The position numbers were made by a program, and so were the translations under genes. This document shows, one piece after another, positions 57,355-64,000 of a DNA stretch of 64,000 bases. Under the pieces are notes generated by a model that saw nothing but the letters and a program-made list of their open reading frames with translations, was not told the origin of the DNA and ran no database searches. Every line of letters begins with the position of its first letter. The first letter of the stretch is position 1. The stretch is from Octopus vulgaris (lineage: Eukaryota), in NCBI GenBank assembly GCA_951406725.2, contig OX597817.1, positions 126,914,001 through 126,978,000 of the forward strand, written 5' to 3'.

Positions 57355-58393
57355 CTAGCATTAAAGACCCGCCGTTGCCGGATCATAGTGCTAGTGCATG
57401 TATATATGTGTATATATATAGGTACATATTACATGTACATCTATATATATACATCTACAGATAAAATACACAATACAAAGCTATATCTTGATATCGCTAG
57501 TGATAACAATACTCAAAATATATAACAGACTGGAATTGTTAGCCCGTCCCTTGTAATTTCGATCAATTGTATCTTGTCCTACCTTTTGTATAGAAGTGTG
57601 GCTACAATCCTGCCTACCTCTACTTCTGGTGGTGGGGGGGTGCATTTAAATTTTTTTTCGTGACGTCCTACGTCCCAGATATAAAGGTAAAAGTAAAATA
57701 TTTCCACTTTGCAAGTTCGAGTCGAGTACTCCCTTGCACACTCCGTTGACTCGAACCTTGCTTCTATTGTGGAGAATTTACCGCCTCTGATTAGAGAACT
57801 TTCATAGTCGCACCAAGACACTTTTCGAAGGTGCTCTCCTCCATGTGTTCAAATCTTCTTTTTTCTCTACATTGCTTACTTTATAGATAATAGTCGTTTC
57901 TTTAATTTAATTTTTTATTATCTATCTGGACTATTCCATTTCTGCACGCTAATTTTACTTTTAATTTATTCCCATTCATGTGAAACCACTTATTAAAGTT
58001 CAAATCATTGATGCAATTTTATACCAATTGCTATTTTTACTTTTGTTATGTTACGATTATATTATACTTTAGTTTGATTTTAATTATTACTTACTATATA
58101 TAATTCAATTGTTATTATTATTTTTATTGTTAAAGTGAAAGCATCTGATATAAAATAGAGAAATATTTTTGTTTCACTTTTAACACGTAATACTGAAATA
58201 GTGGAGAAGATATGATATTGCTATGGGCTCGCTCTAGGCAAGACGTTGAACATTCTTTTGTCCCATGAAACTACATGTAAGGCATGTGTAAAATTTGAAT
58301 GAAATTGGTTGTGTAGTTCTCAAGTTTTAGGGAAACACACAGACAGACAGACGGAAAGACAGACACACATTCTCAGTTTTATATATATAAAGA
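57355..58393 (-). mobile_element. Non-autonomous Helitron-like element
   Basis: The minus strand begins A|TCtttatatatataaaactgagaatgtgtgtctgtc with (CTGT)n. It ends with a GC-rich hairpin (ccggcaacggcggg) followed by CTAG|T, the Helitron terminal signature, and shows no TSD. Confidence 0.7.
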
Positions 58394-60368
58394 TTACATT
58401 ACCTACTGAAACCCTATTACCTTGCCCCCACTAATTTAACACCTAAAACCTTATGATTTCGAAAGAAGCATGTGTATAGCAAACAAAATATAAATTGTAA
58501 AGCAATATTTCATTTGTTTGTATTGTTATTTGCACCAAATAAACTAGATTTGTGTAAAAATACTCAGTGTAAAATGTTCTCAACCGAACCTGCGTTACTT
58601 GGATGAAGATATTTATTATATACTTAATCTTCTCAAAGAATGATGGAGAACACAATGTCTAAAATATGTACGGGTGATATTGAGTTTGATATTTTTATGA
58701 CAACTTCATATAATCAAATTTCTTTTAACTATTTAACACTAAGTCAGACTTAATAGAGAAAAGACATTACTAAATCTGTAATAATAGATTGACCTTGAAC
58801 ACTAATTATTTAACCGTTTGGCTAATTACAAAAACGTTCGTGGGAATTTTTTTTCTTTCGTCAATGTACATTGCTTTGTTCAGCTACGAACGTTTTATTC
58901 ATAATTTTGAATTTCTTTGGTATGAATGGGGACATTATATACTTTCGGGTTCATGAAACTAAACCAGCTGTGGATTACTGACATTGATTTCAATCGACGA
59001 GACTTTTAAGGTTTATAGACTACTTTAAATGCACATATTAATAGAACTGTTAGTAGATCCAGATCTAGTGAAATTTGATAGTATGTGTGGATACATCACT
59101 GAGTAGTTTCCATTTATCTGATATTTCTTGGGGTATTAACTATTTATATTTCTATTCTTGTTAATTCTGCCAGTTATCGTTAATGTATTCACCACTCAGA
59201 AGAATTATCAACAAGCTGTATTCAAACCATTACGAAATTTACTTCAAACGCATAAAAGTTGCTCTTTCTTCTAAACTTCTCTACTTCTGTAATTATGAAA
59301 ATTAATTTACTTTCTATAAAATAATACGTCTAGTTGGTTAAGTCTATGACTTCTGAAAAATATAATGAAAGGTCTTTCAATGTATTCCGCATAATTTGTT
59401 TTATATGAGTTTTATTAATATATTATTTGAATACATGAATAAATTTTACCCTTATCTACGTTTTATAAATTGAAATTAATTATATTTCTATTTTCATTTC
59501 TCCTTTATCATCATACTTCCTCCAAATTTTTCTTGCAATTGTTCGTAATAAAAGCTTTCTCCTTACCATCGTATCTCCATGGAATCAATCATTAAGATTT
59601 TTATTGACATTGTGTGCGTATGTAATGTCAGCCTTTAGCTTGTTCTTGTGACTTTAGTGCAGTTTTATTAATTACCGGATAGATTCGCAATAATGATTTG
59701 GAAACAAAACTGCCAAAACATATATTCATAAACGAGCCTCGGGAACAAGGGACCATTGATCTCGGATTGAAGTAAATTAATTCTAGAAAACAGTTTATGT
59801 TTTATATCTTCCATAATTCATTAAGGCAAATCCTCAGTAAATTTCATCAATTTATTCTATAGAAGATTAACCTACAGGGCACTTTTCTTTTCTCATTTTA
59901 ACAAAATTAATGTCTAAATATCAAGGGATTATTTGATTGATATCCTTTGAAGAAGCAATCAAATTAATATTAAAATATCAAAATCTGTTTTCACAAAGGG
60001 TGGTAACTGAGCAGTTTACAATTTCAGTTTATCTGTATTTCTTTAACGTAAAATGGATCATGCACAATACGTCATAGCTAAACAAAATTCTTTTTATTTT
60101 ATAGAGAGCAGTTTCTTGGTGAAATTGGCGGTGTAGAGCTTTTCATTACAAAGTGCATTAGCTTTGATCTTCTGTGGGTATTTCACACAATTTTATGTCG
60201 GCATTACAATTGTTTCAATAAACTCATCACATTGTTTCAGATCCCCCAGATCTAAAACAATGTGTACGTTTCATGTGTTCATATTTACGTCAGTGTCGGT
60301 CTTTCAGGTTATCTTTCATGATATCTTCATTGGATAACTGTTTCTACCGCAATATGAGCGTATGTGTA

Positions 60369-60445
<77 letters not shown>

Positions 60446-60456
60446 ATGTATATGTA

Positions 60457-60489
<33 letters not shown>

Positions 60490-60813
60490 TGTGAGCGAGA
60501 AGGAGATAGAAACGGTTATTTTTTTGCCTGTTGAAAAATAGATGTGTTAATGAAACATCTATGATTCACCTGGATACGAAGAAAACTCTCAACGGGCGAG
60601 ACGAAAAAAAATACAATTTACTGTGAGTTAATAGTGTACAATATTTTCGGGTTTAACTTATAAGTTAAATGAATTAATTTTTAAAAATTGATTTAATTTA
60701 AACTTGTCTAGTGCGACCTTCTTCACCACTATTTCTCCATATTTACGAAAGAAATATGTAAATTTCTTTTTTATATATACACTATCCTTTCACGGCCATT
60801 CGAAATTCAAGTT

Positions 60814-60909
<96 letters not shown>

Positions 60910-60911
60910 AA

Positions 60912-61240
60912 TGGATAGAAGCACTCCGTCGGTTACGACGATGAGGTTCCGGTTGATCCGAATCAACCGAACAGCCTGCTCGTGAAATTAACGTGTAAGT
61001 GGCTGAGCACTCCACAGACACGTGTACACTTAACGTAGTTCTCGGGGATATTCAGCGTGACACAGAGAGTGACAAGGCCGGTCCTTTGAAATACAGGTAC
61101 AACAGAAACAGAAAGTAAGAGTGAGAGAAAGTTGTCGTGAAAGAGTACAGTAGGGATCACCACCATCCCCAGTCTGGGAATCGAAACCGTGATCCTATGA
61201 CCGCGAGTCCGCTGCCCTAACCACTGGGCCATTGCCTCCA
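60912..61240 (-). mobile_element. Well-preserved tRNA-derived SINE, family 2
   Basis: A box TGGCCCAGTGG and B box GTTTCGATTCCC; inserted in a (TA)n context. Confidence 0.85.
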
Positions 61241-61259
61241 TATATATACATATACATAC

Positions 61260-61290
<31 letters not shown>

Positions 61291-61327
61291 AAGAAAGAGA
61301 GAGATTGATGTAGATATGGATATGTAA

Positions 61328-61383
<56 letters not shown>

Positions 61384-62272
61384 CACGCATATATATACAT
61401 ATATATAAGATTCGTCGTAAAAATATTGTAAATTATTTTTCTCTCCTTACATATTGCGGAACAGATTCACAGAAATCATAGACAAGAGATTCGATGAGTA
61501 TCTATGCCAAAAATGTTACCAAACGTGCAGTTGTTTATAAAAGGATCTATTGTATACGTGTGCCAGCTTCTATGTTTTCAAATAGATTCAATCATGTGCT
61601 CTGAGGTTTTATGTTGAAGGAATATAAATGCAGTCTCTGTGTTTTGCCGGGAAGCCCGACTAACTAAGAACCAACATAAGGAAGATGGAATATTCTGGGA
61701 CTTAAGTAAATTGCTAATTGCAATCTAATTTAATTTAAATATTCAATATCCCTAAACTATTAGATTGGAGATGTGTCTGAGTGACACTTTTGTACAGATC
61801 ATTAGTCATCAATGGAAAAATGTAAGGGTTTTGTTGTAAAAATCTTCCCATGTCACCGCTAGTATCTGTCACTTATTCAAAGTATTATCATACTCTGATG
61901 TAAGTGTGAATAATGACTTTTCTAGGCAATGTTCATATATAATTTTCCGTAAGTTGTAAGTAGATGTACTGTTTGATAATGAACCGTAATAAAATACTAC
62001 GTTTTGTTAACTTTAAGCTTCCATATTAGATTGCTTAAAGGGCTTGATCTTGCATAATTCCTAAGTTTAAATTATGAGGCACGGTTATATTACCGAAACA
62101 TGAGACATTATACATTTTGCTATTATGCTTATCGGTATTTGTATGCTCATCATTATTATTAATTACAGCCCTGCTGTTATTTCTACTGACATGACTGTCA
62201 CCGGCATATACATACATACTTACACATATATGTATATATATACACATTTATATACACACACATACACACACA

Positions 62273-62334
<62 letters not shown>

Positions 62335-62472
62335 TACATATATATATATATATTAATAATAAAAGGGTAAAATTAATTAATTCAATTAATTAAATTAATC
62401 AATCAATTAATTTATAATTTTACCAAGTAGATCGGTACGTTAAAATAACCTTTATAGTTAAAATTATACTAA

Positions 62473-62552
62473 TATTCTATAATTATAAACATAATTATAA
62501 TTAGCTGACCCCTAATTATAATTATGTTTATGATAATAGAATATGTATATAT
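62473..62552. repeat. AT-rich fold-back palindrome next to a (TA)n-associated repeat
   Basis: attctataattataaacataattataattag-ctgaccc-ctaattataattatgtttatgataatagaat. Confidence 0.8.
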
Positions 62553-62717
62553 ATATAATGGAGAAATTGAACAAATTGTATAAATAGATGATGAGTAAAG
62601 CACCTGCACAGTTTCGATTACCTGTTGTTATCCGTAGACTTATTGGAGGATCGTAGTGGTGGTTGGGGTAACAGTATTAATAAAATAGGAGATGGAATGT
62701 GTAACAAACTTTATCCG

Positions 62718-62759
62718 TTACAACACATGTTTCGACCCGTTTTGGTTCTCTTCAGGTAC
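62718..62759 (-). ncRNA. Minimal type I hammerhead-like motif with intact core
   Basis: Minus strand reads TAC-CTGAAGA-GAACC aaaac GGGTC-GAAAC-ATGT-GTT-GTA. CUGANGA and GAAA are intact, stem II pairs 4 of 5, and stem I has 3 bp. Confidence 0.55.
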
Positions 62760-62902
62760 ATCAATAAAAAGTCTCACTAGAGATTTCTTGAGTTGGCCTT
62801 CGTACCGCTATATGTTCATCAAATTCGAGAATGAGTAAAATCAGAGAAAAATTATTGAAACGCAAAAATTTCAAATATGAACGTGGACAGTATGCATTCT
62901 AA

Positions 62903-63064
62903 TTTAGAGAATATGACGTAATCAGATTTCGCTGTTGTAACTATCAGGAGAACGAAAAGCAATTAGAATTTGAAAGGAAATATCATTTTCCTTTCAACTT
63001 CTACTTCCTTTTCTTTCTCTTAACAGTTACAACAGCGAAATCTGATTACGTCATTTTCTCTAAA
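62903..63064. repeat. 162-bp fold-back hairpin (MITE-like)
   Basis: The outer 40 bp match with 1 mismatch (tttagagaatatgacgtaatcagatttcgctgttgtaact). The inner arms are collinear with several mismatches and the loop is ~4-6 nt. Confidence 0.9.
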
Positions 63065-64000
63065 GTCATTGCTGAATTGGTCAATATTGGTTCAACTATA
63101 AACTACATACATAGCTTCTATTATACATGCATCAAAATTGATTTGCTCGTCTATTCTACATCTGTTAGTGAGAAACACATCTTATGAACTGCTATGATAT
63201 GCATGTACCAGTAAAAACGTAGCAACTCTCAGAACTTCACTTTTTAAAAATACATTATATAATTTGCCTTTCCTTTCTTTATGTAGTGATATTTTCGTTT
63301 AAGTATGATAAATGAAGAAAAGAACATCGTCGCCTGATTTATCTTTTTTCCCGTTTTGTAATATATTCGTAGCATCCATATAATACCAAAGTTTTCAGGA
63401 CAAGGAATCTGTTTCTGCAAGATAACAATGGCAAGTGTAGTAATACAGCTCTGTGTGAAGTTGGGATTTCTTTGTCTGTCCAAATGCTATATCGTCACGA
63501 CAAAATTCAGTATTGACTTTTAGATGGATAACTATTCGCTTAACTCGTTCTTTTAACAAATGAGTTCTTTAAAATGATAAAGAATGCCAGCATAGCTGAT
63601 AACTTTATTTCCATTTTTATAATCTCATCAACAAAATGCTATTGAAAATTGGAAACTTGGTATAACTAACCTCCGATGAATTAAAAAGCTGATAAAGTTT
63701 CGGGGACTTCTATTCAAAATTAATGTAGGATTTCAGAGTATTGAATAAAGAGAAGCTGATATCCATTTCATTCATTAAATTATATTCATCGGGGTTTAAA
63801 ATATAAGAGAAACGAAATAAATTAAACCACAAGAAATTCACGTTTTAATATTCCTAAAACTATAATGTTATGCCAAAATGTTATGGAAATTGGTTGCATT
63901 GTGAACAGCATTCTGCAGTGTACGAGATAGACAACAAACCTCTTCGTTGTAACCACGTGGACCATATTTCAGACTTAAATGCACACGATATTTCCAACCT

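Noticed and set aside
61170-61240. tRNA gene at the SINE head (also 7470-7540)
   Set aside because: A and B boxes are present, but there is no complete cloverleaf or terminator and the sequence continues into a SINE body.

Overview
This is AT-rich, microsatellite-dense eukaryotic non-coding DNA (intergenic or intronic). From recalled repeat families it looks like a coleoid cephalopod, probably Octopus; that is an inference, not a database result. I cannot confidently support any host protein-coding gene, and most listed ORFs are microsatellite read-throughs. The window is a graveyard of mobile elements: (i) restriction-like-endonuclease (RLE) non-LTR retrotransposons of the Dong/R4 type, all ending in (TAA)n tracts, including a head-to-tail train of four different 3' ends at 30.4-32.2 kb and a rearranged copy at 36.3-38.4 kb; (ii) Penelope-like RT fragments and terminal repeats, mostly abutting (TA)n tracts, with five complete and one half minimal hammerhead-ribozyme-like motifs; (iii) four mariner remnants and one maT/DD37D-like DNA transposon; (iv) a CR1-type LINE, a possible L1/Tx1 relic, a non-autonomous Helitron and three or more tRNA-derived SINE families. 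The most interesting signals are the retroelement train on (TAA)n, the dispersed hammerhead motifs, two locally templated insertions (a 26-bp exact copy from 2.1 kb away placed in a hairpin loop, and a ~500-bp inverted self-copy flanked by a 12-bp direct repeat), an in-frame mariner-HTH/Penelope-RT fusion, and a 162-bp fold-back hairpin. Coordinates were counted by hand and may be off by a few bases.
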